A stretch of 42,935 nucleotides of DNA. Origin: a virus (lineage: Duplodnaviria; Heunggongvirae; Uroviricota; Caudoviricetes). The notes below the pieces were generated by a model, which worked only from the letters and a program-made list of their open reading frames with translations, did no database searches and was not told the origin of the DNA. Position numbers and translations under genes: made by a program. The stretch is taken from IMG/VR virus record IMGVR_UViG_2529292907_000021; one strand, 5' to 3'. How positions within the stretch are numbered: position 1 is the stretch's first letter; every line of letters starts with the position of its first letter. This document shows positions 8,822 to 18,045 of the stretch, one piece after another.

Positions 8822-9427
8822 TGTTCTGGGCTCTCCATTTGGCTACGCGCGCGTCATTATCGTCACGCATATCAAGGTAATCGTTAAGCAGCGCGATGCG
8901 GCACAGGTCAACTGCACCGCTATCGAGGTCTTTCTGATCGAGGTTGAAGGCGAGCGCCGGGCGAAGGATGTAATCCTCACCGCCCGGCAAGGTGTTGAAG
9001 GTTATTCCACTGGCAGGGTATTCGTCTCGCCGGTAGGAAGTCCTTGCAAAAAATTTCCCAGAGAATCCGCGACCACCCGCGCCACCAACTGCAGCATTAC
9101 AAACAGGTCGATATCGTCGAATGCCATGGTGCCCTGCTGACACACTGGCACCCAGGCGTTTAGGTGTTTTCGTGCAACCACCTGCAGGCAAGGGAACAGG
9201 ATCGCATCCACATCAGCATCGCTTAGGCCGGAAACAGCATCAGCAATCTTCGGCACGATGCTCTCCAGCGCGCCTTCGGTGTCTTTATCACTTAGCTTTA
9301 ACTGGATATTACGGAAGTCCGAGACCAGACCTGCCAGCACCGGCAATAGCTTGCGGGATACTTTCAATTGCTCGAACACGCTCAGCTTAGCGATACGGTA
9401 CTGCTCATTTTTGATGGTGATTTCCAT
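8814..9427 (-). CDS. Tail assembly chaperone pair (G-like product 9002..9427; GT-like extension to 8814 by programmed -1 frameshift)
   Basis: Two overlapping ORFs in frames related by -1 between tube and tape measure genes; slippery heptamer A-AAT-TTT on the coding strand (plus-strand ~9049-9056) near the end of the upstream frame; after the slip the sequence reads KFFARTSY, matching ORF 8814..9191. Confidence 0.55.
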
Positions 9428-9430
9428 GGA

Positions 9431-9871
9431 TTAGTACTCCCCCAGGAATGGGTCGATTTTGATGCAGTCGAAAACCCAGGCCACTGTCCCGCCTTCTTTA
9501 GCATTCTGCCAGTCAGGGTGTTTCTGGAATGCCCCACCGCGCGCTGTCATGATGTCGCCGGAGGCCGTATTGCGAAATACGAATACGTTGTTGCCCCACA
9601 GCGATGAGGACTGGCTCTGTGCGTTATACGCCAGCGACAGTTTTTTGTTCACCGGAGATGTCTTCAGCAGGTTGACGGTTACCGTCCCGGCTTTACCCGC
9701 GTGCAGGGAGTGCATACCTTCGCCATCTGCCCCAATCGTCATGGTGTTTTTGTTTTCCACCATGGCGACGGTGATACCTTCTTCGGAGTTTGCGGAACCT
9801 GCACCAAGATCAATCACCCCGGTTGGGCCAGTCATTGACCCCGTGATATCCAGAAAAGAATAAGTGCTCAT
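9431..9871 (-). CDS. Tail tube protein
   Basis: 146-aa ORF immediately downstream of the sheath gene and upstream of the chaperone pair. Confidence 0.5.
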   Translation of the reverse strand: MSTYSFLDITGSMTGPTGVIDLGAGSANSEEGITVAMVENKNTMTIGADGEGMHSLHAGKAGTVTVNLLKTSPVNKKLSLAYNAQSQSSSLWGNNVFVFRNTASGDIMTARGGAFQKHPDWQNAKEGGTVAWVFDCIKIDPFLGEY

Positions 9872-9882
9872 TCAGGGTCTCC

Positions 9883-11376
9883 TTAGCGCACCACGTCGAT
9901 TAATACGTCAGCGAAGTGGATAGCACCCGTCAGTTTGGTTGCCACCTGGATCACCGGAGCTTTTCGCGCCTCACGGTCTGCCTGAGCTTGCGCATTGAGC
10001 GAGTTAGCGAAGACGTAATAGCCTTTGGTCAGCATATCCCCTGCCGTCAGTTGCCCGACGTCACCACCGTTCCAGATACCCGGAGCCACCAGGCCGTTAT
10101 TCGCTGACTGGTCCATCGATTGCTCAATGTTGGTTACCAGGCGCGTCACACCGGCTTCAGTCTGTGGAATTTTGGTGGTGGAGGTGTAAAGCAGGTTCCA
10201 GAGGTTGTTCTGGACGTAGTTCTGCAGCCAGTCGAGCCCGTGACGTTCGTCGAAGAAGTCGCCGTTAGACATCACCCCTTCCTGGATGATTGCTGTGTCG
10301 TTGGCATAACGCACGAACACGTTGCAGTTTTTGGCCTTCAGCGTATCGGCTTGCTGCGCGGTGATAGTCTCGGCAGTGATGCCCGGCTCCTGCTTGAACT
10401 TCAGGGTAATGGTGGTGTTATTGCCCAGGAAATTGACAGTGAACGCACGCCCGAACGCAGAAGCTGCTGCATAAGGCGTTTTGCTGTACTGGCAGAACAC
10501 GCGCCCGTAACCCGCAGCTTTAAGCTTGCTGGCAATGTCCATGGCGTTCGTACCATCAAGCACCGTGGCATCAGCTGAAGTCACGCCGTACACGCGAGAA
10601 TCACTGGCAGAGCCAATCAGCGCGGCGACATCGAGGTGATCCTGGTCTGTCATCGTCGCATCAGCAATCACCAGGCCATACCAGTCAGCGGAATATCCCA
10701 GCGCCGCCGCGACAGAAGGAACAGCAGAGCCTGCATGTGCCGCTGTACCGTTTACTGCAACCGGATGGCTACCCGCATCGATACCCATCAAAGGAGCCAG
10801 ATCCGTTCCTGCCCCTGCTGCTGATGGAATGCCAACAATGGATGCCGCACCGGTTGTTGGTGAGGTGATCAGGAAGTGCGAGGTCACCGCATTCCACGTC
10901 ACAACCGCGCCTGCCAGTTTGGTGCTGATGGCCGTTGCCACTTCTGCCAGGGTTGTCACCGCCGACAGGTCAACAGCACTGATATTTTTTGCAGCACCAT
11001 CAATGGTGATATTCAGCGCGCCATCGGTGACAGCGCTGAAGTTTTCAATACGCTGCTCAGAGGCATTCAGCTGCGCACCCGTGAGTGTGCCTGCGGTTGC
11101 TGGAATTGGCGTTCTGTCCATTTTGCCAATGTACAAATCCAGTGGCTGGGGCGACTGCTGGAAGTAAAGGTTTGCGGCCTTGTACTCTTCTGACGTGGTG
11201 CCGAAGTCAGCGGCCACACTTTCAATATCGTTATACAGACGCATAACTTCTGGCGCGGTCAAAACACCGGACGTGCCGAGAGCCAGCAAAGCGCCGAAGT
11301 CCCGGCCCTGCGCGGCTCGTAGCGCGAGCGAAACCTGCACGCGTACGACGCGTGAGACTGATAAGCCGTTAGGCAT
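9883..11376 (-). CDS. Tail sheath protein
   Basis: 497-aa ORF preceding the tube gene; size and order are characteristic of contractile-tail sheath proteins. Confidence 0.6.
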   Translation of the reverse strand: MPNGLSVSRVVRVQVSLALRAAQGRDFGALLALGTSGVLTAPEVMRLYNDIESVAADFGTTSEEYKAANLYFQQSPQPLDLYIGKMDRTPIPATAGTLTGAQLNASEQRIENFSAVTDGALNITIDGAAKNISAVDLSAVTTLAEVATAISTKLAGAVVTWNAVTSHFLITSPTTGAASIVGIPSAAGAGTDLAPLMGIDAGSHPVAVNGTAAHAGSAVPSVAAALGYSADWYGLVIADATMTDQDHLDVAALIGSASDSRVYGVTSADATVLDGTNAMDIASKLKAAGYGRVFCQYSKTPYAAASAFGRAFTVNFLGNNTTITLKFKQEPGITAETITAQQADTLKAKNCNVFVRYANDTAIIQEGVMSNGDFFDERHGLDWLQNYVQNNLWNLLYTSTTKIPQTEAGVTRLVTNIEQSMDQSANNGLVAPGIWNGGDVGQLTAGDMLTKGYYVFANSLNAQAQADREARKAPVIQVATKLTGAIHFADVLIDVVR

Positions 11377-11378
11377 GA

Positions 11379-11921
11379 TTATTCTCCGAAAAATTTAACT
11401 GGAGCAGAGAGGAGCGATTTGATGCCGTACTCACGTACCGTCTTGCGGCGAAGTGTCACAGACAGGTCGTAGCGGCGTTGCCACTGGTTATTGATAAGTT
11501 CTGGTGCCGGAATGATGCGACCAACCTCGCCAAGCGTCAGGCCAACCCGATTCAACTCCGCATTGTTCTGCGAGACGAACAGGCCGCTGCGGAACGTTTT
11601 GGCAAATGACTGGCCTGCTGGGCCGTAAAAGCAGCAGAGCACCACAAGCGTTTCGTATTGCCACTGGTAATCGGTGTCTTCATCTTTGGTTACAGAGGCC
11701 GGGTTTGCGGCGTCCTGAAAGTCTGAGATGTTGAACCCGCACCAGTTGGTACCAAGCTCCGGGATCGTCGGCTGAGGATCGGTAAATCGAGGTCGGGACA
11801 TTCCGTCAGGTAGACCGGATACACCGCGTATCCAGCGGCTAAGTTCACGCTCCAGCTCCTGATCATACTGTGGCACCGGACTGGTTGGCGTCAGGTATCC
11901 GGGTTGCGTGGTGTTATTCAA
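11379..11921 (-). CDS. Phage head-tail joining / tail completion protein, unknown family
   Basis: 180-aa ORF between the capsid block and the sheath gene; positional. Confidence 0.4.
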   Translation of the reverse strand: MNNTTQPGYLTPTSPVPQYDQELERELSRWIRGVSGLPDGMSRPRFTDPQPTIPELGTNWCGFNISDFQDAANPASVTKDEDTDYQWQYETLVVLCCFYGPAGQSFAKTFRSGLFVSQNNAELNRVGLTLGEVGRIIPAPELINNQWQRRYDLSVTLRRKTVREYGIKSLLSAPVKFFGE

Positions 11922-12300
11922 CTGACGTACCTCCGTTGAACTCCATCAGCTCGCAGTGTGCCTGAACGAATCCTGCACCGTAGGACGTGTACGGATCCAC
12001 AAACGTGACGCGGTAATGTCGCCCGTTATAGGTCACCACATCAGCATCCAGCCCAGGCTTGCCCTGAGTCAGTCTGAACTGCGTCACCACGAGGATCGCC
12101 CCTCCAATAGACTGCCCGGCGGCCATACGCTTTGCTTCCAACGAGCGGTCAACCGTAACTACCCCGTTGAACGGGATGTCCTGGCCGGTGTTAGTAGCGA
12201 AGCCATCAGCGTCAAGCACCTGCGTCTTCCGCGTGCACACCAGTGTGTAATCACAGAAATCAGGGTCTAGCAGGACATCCGTCACATCGAGAAAAGGCAT
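11914..12300 (-). CDS. Phage neck/tail completion protein, unknown family
   Basis: 128-aa ORF, tightly packed with neighbours; positional. Confidence 0.4.
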   Translation of the reverse strand: MPFLDVTDVLLDPDFCDYTLVCTRKTQVLDADGFATNTGQDIPFNGVVTVDRSLEAKRMAAGQSIGGAILVVTQFRLTQGKPGLDADVVTYNGRHYRVTFVDPYTSYGAGFVQAHCELMEFNGGTSVE

Positions 12301-12806
12301 TATTTTTTACCTCTCACAACGTAGGTGATTGAGCGCAGGAGATAGCCATGGGCATAGAGTGGCTTGTCGCCTGGCAATCCCTGCGCCCGGCGGTTAGCTT
12401 TGGTCATGTCAGAGATAGGAATTAGGCGATCGCCATCAGTAATAACGCGCTTCGCACCGTTTGAGGCAACCAACCCGGCCTTTTCCAGCTCATTCTCTGC
12501 AGCTGAGAATTGCCCATCCAGCGCCATGCCTGCAGCGGCCTTGAGGTGCTCCGACGTCACTGCCTGAGTATCCTCGATCCCGATATCCAGAAAAGGACGC
12601 GGAGGTAATGTCACCTCGCGGCCGCCAAGCCTGACTGTTGCCCCTGTAGACTGCAGATAGCCAATCTCAGCGTTATTCAACTCTTCCCCGTCCTCGCGAA
12701 CCGCGTTGGATTCTGGTATGCCCACCAGCACATCCATCTTCGACAGCCTGTCCAGGCCAGCGAGAACAGAGGCGGCGTTATCCGCCCTGACTTTCACGCC
12801 GCTCAT
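12300..12806 (-). CDS. Phage head completion/neck protein (start chosen at ATG overlapping upstream stop)
   Basis: ORF 12300..12845; the ATG at 12806 forms an ATGA overlap with the stop of the upstream gene, typical of phage morphogenesis operons. Confidence 0.4.
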   Translation of the reverse strand: MSGVKVRADNAASVLAGLDRLSKMDVLVGIPESNAVREDGEELNNAEIGYLQSTGATVRLGGREVTLPPRPFLDIGIEDTQAVTSEHLKAAAGMALDGQFSAAENELEKAGLVASNGAKRVITDGDRLIPISDMTKANRRAQGLPGDKPLYAHGYLLRSITYVVRGKK

Positions 12807-13210
12807 AGCAGTTGCCGCCCGCCAGCACCCGACATCGACCACCACCAGTAGAATTCGCGCCCATACCCGGTGTTATTCCAGAAACCTGCATCAGGGTTAA
12901 TCACGCCAGAGACGTCATAGCTAGCGGATACCTTGTCCACGGATTTGGATGTGAGGATGCCGCCGCCGGAGGAGTTGACGCCGCCAGCTGCTGCGCCTGC
13001 AATAGCCTTACCACGAAGCTCTGTATAGTGGGCCGTGAACAACTCAGCGAGGTAAACGAACTGGCAGCCGAACACATCCTGGTTAAGCAGGCAATCAGCC
13101 TGATTCAGATAGAAGTTGACGGATGCGTCAGGATAACGAGTAGCGTCGGAAAACTCAGGGAAGTCGATGCGGAACTGATCACTTGTTGGCAGAAGGCTGT
13201 TTTTTGCCAT
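12803..13210 (-). CDS. Phage head-tail connector-like protein
   Basis: 135-aa ORF following the coiled-coil gene; positional. Confidence 0.4.
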   Translation of the reverse strand: MAKNSLLPTSDQFRIDFPEFSDATRYPDASVNFYLNQADCLLNQDVFGCQFVYLAELFTAHYTELRGKAIAGAAAGGVNSSGGGILTSKSVDKVSASYDVSGVINPDAGFWNNTGYGREFYWWWSMSGAGGRQLL

Positions 13211-13565
13211 TAGCAGCCTCCAGCGCGGTCAGCTTTTCGGTCAGCTCACCCAACTGCTGCTGCAGACCGGTGATGGTGCCGTCTTTCTCTTCGATTTGTT
13301 TTAGATGATCGTCGATGGTGGAGGCATTTTCACCCAACTGCTGCTGCAGACCGGTGATGGTGTCTTCCAGACCTGAGACCTTCAGCATAAGGTCTTCATC
13401 ATCCTGGCTCTGCTTCAGCTCATCTTCAGTGATGGGCTGAGCATGCGCACCAAACGCCCAGTGCTCGGTCACGCGCTTTTCAAAGCTGTGCACGCCTGGC
13501 GTCAACTCAACATGCGAGCCGTCGGTGAAGCGCAGAACAGCACCGGAAGTTACGAGATATTTCAT
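13179..13565 (-). CDS. Small coiled-coil phage head-associated protein with internal tandem repeat
   Basis: 128-aa ORF directly downstream of the major capsid gene; contains duplicated peptide TITGLQQQLGE encoded by a ~30-bp direct repeat. Confidence 0.4.
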   Translation of the reverse strand: MKYLVTSGAVLRFTDGSHVELTPGVHSFEKRVTEHWAFGAHAQPITEDELKQSQDDEDLMLKVSGLEDTITGLQQQLGENASTIDDHLKQIEEKDGTITGLQQQLGELTEKLTALEAANGKKQPSANK

Positions 13566-13602
13566 ACTCTCTCCAGAACGGCGGGTTACCCCGCCATAAG
13601 GG

Positions 13603-14553
13603 TTACGCTACAGGAACGTCCATGTAGGCGATGGTGTTGCCGTACGGGGTTTCAACCTGGCCCAAACGACCGTAGTAGGTTGTCAGTTGATACAGACCGC
13701 GGTATTCCAGCGGGGTATTCAGCAGCGGCACCAGAGGGAAGCGAATGAACTTCTCGTCCTGGGTATATGCCACCATGCGATGAGCGCTAGCTGCGCCACG
13801 TTTGGAAGCCCACTTCATGGACACGATTTCCAACGGCACGCCGTTCTCCTGGAACGCGATGCTGTTGATCCTGATGTACTCCATTACGGAGATGTTTCCG
13901 GCATCAGAAACTTTACGGCTCACCAGGATGCTGAACAGTTCAGGGGCCAGGCCGATTTTTGCAGGACAAATGGCATAACCTGAATTTACCCATGCCTGAG
14001 ACAGCACAAGGTTTACATCCCCGAGAATTTCATCTGGCGTTGTTGCTGGATCTGCCCACGCCTTAGCAGCGCTGATTGGTGTTACCTGAGAGAGGTTCAG
14101 AAGGCCGGTGACATCCAGATCGTTATCGCCAATGTAAACCTGCTCGTCGATGTCCATGTTCCATTTGAGTTGCATGGCATCGTACTTCTGGCTGTCTACC
14201 GGGCGTCCTACCTGCTGAGCAGAAGCCAGCTCTGGCAGTGTCCAACCCAGCTCCATGCCCCACAGGCTCAGTGGTTGAGCGGTCTTCTCGATATAGATAT
14301 TGGTCTGCGGGATAGCAGTGGAGTTTTTGCCGATCCAGTTTTTGCCGTTCGGGTTCACACCACCAGCGGCCGCGATATCGGTGTTGGTGAAGGAGGACTG
14401 CTCATCAGCGATAGAAACGTCGCTGCGCAGCGGCATATCACGCGACCACTTATAGCTAACCAGCGGCAGGTTAAGCGTCTGGTCAAGGCGCTCAAGTTCG
14501 CCGACCAGGAATACGCCAGCAGCGTCTACGGTGGCTTTATCGATAGTAAACAT
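13603..14553 (-). CDS. Major capsid protein
   Basis: 316-aa ORF downstream of the scaffold/protease-like and small structural genes, with strong RBS context; positional and size-based. Confidence 0.55.
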   Translation of the reverse strand: MFTIDKATVDAAGVFLVGELERLDQTLNLPLVSYKWSRDMPLRSDVSIADEQSSFTNTDIAAAGGVNPNGKNWIGKNSTAIPQTNIYIEKTAQPLSLWGMELGWTLPELASAQQVGRPVDSQKYDAMQLKWNMDIDEQVYIGDNDLDVTGLLNLSQVTPISAAKAWADPATTPDEILGDVNLVLSQAWVNSGYAICPAKIGLAPELFSILVSRKVSDAGNISVMEYIRINSIAFQENGVPLEIVSMKWASKRGAASAHRMVAYTQDEKFIRFPLVPLLNTPLEYRGLYQLTTYYGRLGQVETPYGNTIAYMDVPVA

Positions 14554-14563
14554 TCATCGTTCC

Positions 14564-15082
14564 TTAGATGTTGTAGGCGATTTCAACGTTGCCGTGGGTG
14601 GTGGTTGCTGCTGCATCGCCGGGGCCCATCACTTTCGCAATGGTCAACTCAGGGGTGTTAGATGCGGTGCCATCAGGAGTTAGTACCACAGAACCTAAAG
14701 GACTTGCCGTCGTAGGCGCAGCGACACGGATGTAAACCTTGTCACCCTTCTTGGCAGTACCGGCCTGAGCCGTAGGAACGGCCACGCAGATATAACCACG
14801 CTTCAGTTGGTCTCCTGTGTAGCCAGCCGTTACACCCAGCGCGCAAGCATCAGTCGGGTTGGTAGTTGGGTACGGACGAACGAACAGGCCAGCTACGTCA
14901 GCAACGGTGTCACCGGCCTCCAGCGGCACGAATTTACCGTTGAGATTCTTACCCGCTAGGCCATAAGAAGGGAATGGCTTAGTGGCATCGAGGATTGCAG
15001 GCTCTGCGGTGAGGTCCTGTGGACGAGTAACGGCACCAGGGAAACCGATCCCCATACGAGTTAAATAAGCTTTACCAGCCAT
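14564..15082 (-). CDS. Phage head structural protein (decoration-like), unknown family
   Basis: 172-aa Ala/Gly/Thr-rich ORF between the scaffold-like gene and the major capsid gene. Confidence 0.45.
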   Translation of the reverse strand: MAGKAYLTRMGIGFPGAVTRPQDLTAEPAILDATKPFPSYGLAGKNLNGKFVPLEAGDTVADVAGLFVRPYPTTNPTDACALGVTAGYTGDQLKRGYICVAVPTAQAGTAKKGDKVYIRVAAPTTASPLGSVVLTPDGTASNTPELTIAKVMGPGDAAATTTHGNVEIAYNI

Positions 15083-15093
15083 TGTTGGTTACC

Positions 15094-16257
15094 TTATTGG
15101 TTGCGTTTCCAGAAATCGGCGTTGATTTTGTTCAGCTCAGCCGGGGACATAGGGCCGCGAGCGCGATCACCAGTTGGTTTGCCAGATGGCGGGGTGATCC
15201 GATTTTTGGCTTTGTTCAGTTCCAGCGCGCCGCTGAATACCGCGTCCACCTTGGCTTTCGGCACCTTGTCATAGTCCTGAATGCCAAATGACTTGAGGTA
15301 TGTGCTGTCGCCGGTACGCATCGCGTGATTCAGTACCTGACGCTTCAGGCCTTTGTCGCCACTAGGCTGGAAGCCTGGACAGATGATCTCCGCGTCACCG
15401 ATGAGGTTGCGCTTATACGCCGCATCTCCGGTTACCTTCGCATCTTCTTCTGCGTCTTCATCACCGGTTTTCTTATCCAGATCGGTTTCTTCGTCGGTCG
15501 TGGTCTTCTGGTCTGCCGGCAACGCGGTAGCCTGAGAAGGCACGTTCATGTTGATAGTTAACCCGGGGATCGAACTCATACCGTCTGACGGCATATCGGG
15601 AGCTTCATCTGCAAGCTTCGCCAGCGCATCTTCATCTTTGGTGCGAATGGCATTGGCCAGCTTCTGAAACCAGTTCTGCTGTTTCATGTTGCTTCCTTTG
15701 GTTGATGGGGCTGAATCCCCTATGGCACATCGGGAACCAGCCCGCCCGCGGTCGATACCGACGGCCAGATGGTTGCCTGTGATTTGGTGTTGTTTTCCCT
15801 TGCCGGGCGAGAGCTGCTTATAGAGCGCGTCGTATCCGCAGCTGACATCGGTCAGACCAGCCTCGATTGCGTCGATTGCTTCCAGGCGCTTAACCAGCAC
15901 GTCGGCAATGAGCAGGTCTGCTTTATCGCCTGTGCCGCGCCTGACGTTCTGAATATGACCGTGGGCCAGTTCGGAATAGTTGGTGGGGTTAACGAAAAGG
16001 ATGCCGCCACCAGCGTCTTCTGGGTGCCCCAGCGTGACGGCGACGCCCTCAAAGCTCGCCATCGTTTCAGGAGAGAACACCTCATCTTCCGTTCGCCAGA
16101 CAGTGACGGTACCGCTCGCGTCGGGCTCAAGGTCGATTTCTTCCGGCAGATAGACCTGAGATCCCGTTCTGGCAATCGGCACGTCCTTGCAGAGCAATGA
16201 GCCGTCCGCCATGCGGAACCGGGTTTCCCCGAGCCTGGTCTCAAAAAAGTATTTCAT
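15094..16257 (-). CDS. Prohead scaffold/protease-like protein
   Basis: 387-aa ORF with a highly acidic central/C-terminal region (DEETDLDKKTGDEDAEEDAK) typical of scaffold proteins; located between head morphogenesis and capsid genes. Confidence 0.45.
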   Translation of the reverse strand: MKYFFETRLGETRFRMADGSLLCKDVPIARTGSQVYLPEEIDLEPDASGTVTVWRTEDEVFSPETMASFEGVAVTLGHPEDAGGGILFVNPTNYSELAHGHIQNVRRGTGDKADLLIADVLVKRLEAIDAIEAGLTDVSCGYDALYKQLSPGKGKQHQITGNHLAVGIDRGRAGSRCAIGDSAPSTKGSNMKQQNWFQKLANAIRTKDEDALAKLADEAPDMPSDGMSSIPGLTINMNVPSQATALPADQKTTTDEETDLDKKTGDEDAEEDAKVTGDAAYKRNLIGDAEIICPGFQPSGDKGLKRQVLNHAMRTGDSTYLKSFGIQDYDKVPKAKVDAVFSGALELNKAKNRITPPSGKPTGDRARGPMSPAELNKINADFWKRNQ

Positions 16258-16319
16258 GGGTTACCTGCTGAATTGCGGGCAAATAAATATCCTCCGGCAT
16301 AGCCGGAGGTTTTTCAAAT

Positions 16320-17035
16320 GCGCCTATAAGGCTCTCTTACCAGCCGCGCCCTAACAGGCGCACACGATCTGACATTTGCATCCAACTTCGTTACTTACGG
16401 CCCGTAAACGGGCTGCCCGGATAGGGAATCGATAACTGCTCTCCCATTTTATCCTCTTCAAGCTGGTGCTTTATGTAATCCTGTATCTTCGCCGTGTTCT
16501 TACCCACCGTATCGACGTAGTACCCTCTGCACCAGAACTCCCTGTTCCTGTATTTGAATTTCAAATCACCAAACTGCTCGTAAAGCATCAGACTGCTTTT
16601 CCCTTTCAGATATCCCATAAAGCCGGATACGCTCATTTTGGGCGGGATCTCCACAAGCATATGGATATGATCTGCACAGCATTCAGCTTCAAGAATCCGT
16701 ACGCTTTTCCACTCGCACAGCTTTCTCAAAATACTGCCTATTGCTCTACGTTTCTCTCTGTAGAACACTTGTCTTCGGTATTTTGGCGCAAAAACTATGT
16801 GATATTTACAGTTCCATCGGGTGTGCGCTAAGCTCTTTTCGTTCCCCATTGGGACCCCCTTTTGATTTCTTGTTTGACACTTGCAGTTGCCAGACCGCAA
16901 GGTGTTTTAACAAATCAAAAGGGGTTTTAATAACTGGCTCAAAGCTGAAAGCTTTCCGGAACCCCCAGCCTAGCTGGGGGTTTTCTGTGCACAATAAAAA
17001 GGCCTGCATAAGCAGGCCTCTTTCTCAGACTAGAA
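16320..17035 (-). mobile_element. IS200 insertion sequence (IS200/IS605 family), boundaries approximate
   Basis: Contains the tnpA gene plus the characteristic left-end terminator hairpin (AGGCCTGC-TTAT-GCAGGCCT followed by TTTTTATT on the element strand) and a second hairpin (ACCCCCAGC-TAG-GCTGGGGGTT) preceding the tnpA RBS; a further hairpin lies near the right end (~16285-16315). Confidence 0.7.
16391..16849 (-). CDS. tnpA: IS200 transposase TnpA (HUH/Y1 transposase)
   Basis: Translation MGNEKSLAHTRWNCKYHIVFAPKYRR...HIHMLVEIPPKMSVS...REFWCRGYYVDTVG is the hallmark IS200 TnpA sequence; start placed at the internal ATG with AAGGGGG RBS. Confidence 0.85.
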   Translation of the reverse strand: MGNEKSLAHTRWNCKYHIVFAPKYRRQVFYREKRRAIGSILRKLCEWKSVRILEAECCADHIHMLVEIPPKMSVSGFMGYLKGKSSLMLYEQFGDLKFKYRNREFWCRGYYVDTVGKNTAKIQDYIKHQLEEDKMGEQLSIPYPGSPFTGRK

Positions 17036-17228
17036 ATCCACGTCGCCTCAACTCGACAAGAATTGAATCGATAGCACCGTGGATGATGTCAGTGTTGTAA
17101 TCCTGCGAATTTCCTGACTGATAAATATCATCAAGCAATTTGCGATTGTGCCTTAAGCTGTCAATAAGTCGTGCGTTGGTAAGTGCCATGATGGGCCTCC
17201 TTGAATTATAGTTATGAGCATTGCTCAC
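17025..17228 (-). CDS. Small hypothetical protein (67 aa); C-terminus may be altered by the IS200 insertion
   Basis: ORF between the head morphogenesis stop and the IS200 left end; its last codons overlap the IS200 terminal hairpin. Confidence 0.3.
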   Translation of the reverse strand: MSNAHNYNSRRPIMALTNARLIDSLRHNRKLLDDIYQSGNSQDYNTDIIHGAIDSILVELRRRGFLV

Positions 17229-17292
17229 TCTTATTTATCAATTCACGGAGGGAAATCGCTGGACTTAACAGAAATTTTTTTAGCATTTTGTG

Positions 17293-18045
17293 CTATTTAC
17301 GCGGAGGCGGCACTTGAATCTCCGGCCAGCATTTGCAGTTCGGCAGGCATCCGGCATGCCCGGTCATTTCGTCCAGAGTGGGTGGGTTATCCCAGCGCAC
17401 GAACTTATTCCTCATTTTGTAGTGGGAATCGCGGGTACCAGCGCCTTCAATGCGCCACCAGTAACCTTCTGAGCCAATCGACTCGGCGCGCGCCTGGGTG
17501 AGTGCTGTGGTAGCCCTGCCGATTTCGGTGCGGGCGATCATCTTCGCGCGGCTCTCCGCTACGTCGCCGGACTCCATAATCATCCGGTAGAGCGCGTCGG
17601 GGCGTTCACCGTTGATGACAGCTTCCATTGCACGCGCCTGGATGTCACGGACGCGATCGGCAGCCTCCAGCGGCAGAGACTTAATCAGCTGCACCTGGCG
17701 GGACACTATGTCCTGTGCCACGAACCCCACCGGCGTATTGCCGACGACATCTCGCAGCCCCTCGGAGATATCCTGCGATACCGAGCGCCACTGGCTCCAC
17801 TCCTCCTGCTCAACCTGCAGGAACATGCGTTTAGCGACCCGGTCGGCCCAGTCGTCAATCAGCAGGGAGTAATCCATCAGCCGGGCGTTAACCTGCTCGG
17901 CGCTCGCTTCCGAACCATCGTAGGAACCAGTTACTATCGCGCCGCACTGACGCGCTATCTCCTGTAGGCTTTTCTGATACTGGCGCTCCGATTTGCGGCG
18001 GAGGTTCGGTTTCAGATTCAGCCTCCTCCCATTCTGCTTTGGCAT
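17293..18045 (-). CDS. Phage head morphogenesis protein (MuF / SPP1 gp7 family); start uncertain
   Basis: C-terminal region ...MIARTEIGRATTALTQARAESIG...FVRWDNPP...GCLPNCKCWPEIQVPPP matches the MuF-type C-terminal motif; the ORF extends to 18138 but overlaps the portal gene, so the internal ATG at 18045 is used. Confidence 0.6.
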   Translation of the reverse strand: MPKQNGRRLNLKPNLRRKSERQYQKSLQEIARQCGAIVTGSYDGSEASAEQVNARLMDYSLLIDDWADRVAKRMFLQVEQEEWSQWRSVSQDISEGLRDVVGNTPVGFVAQDIVSRQVQLIKSLPLEAADRVRDIQARAMEAVINGERPDALYRMIMESGDVAESRAKMIARTEIGRATTALTQARAESIGSEGYWWRIEGAGTRDSHYKMRNKFVRWDNPPTLDEMTGHAGCLPNCKCWPEIQVPPPRK

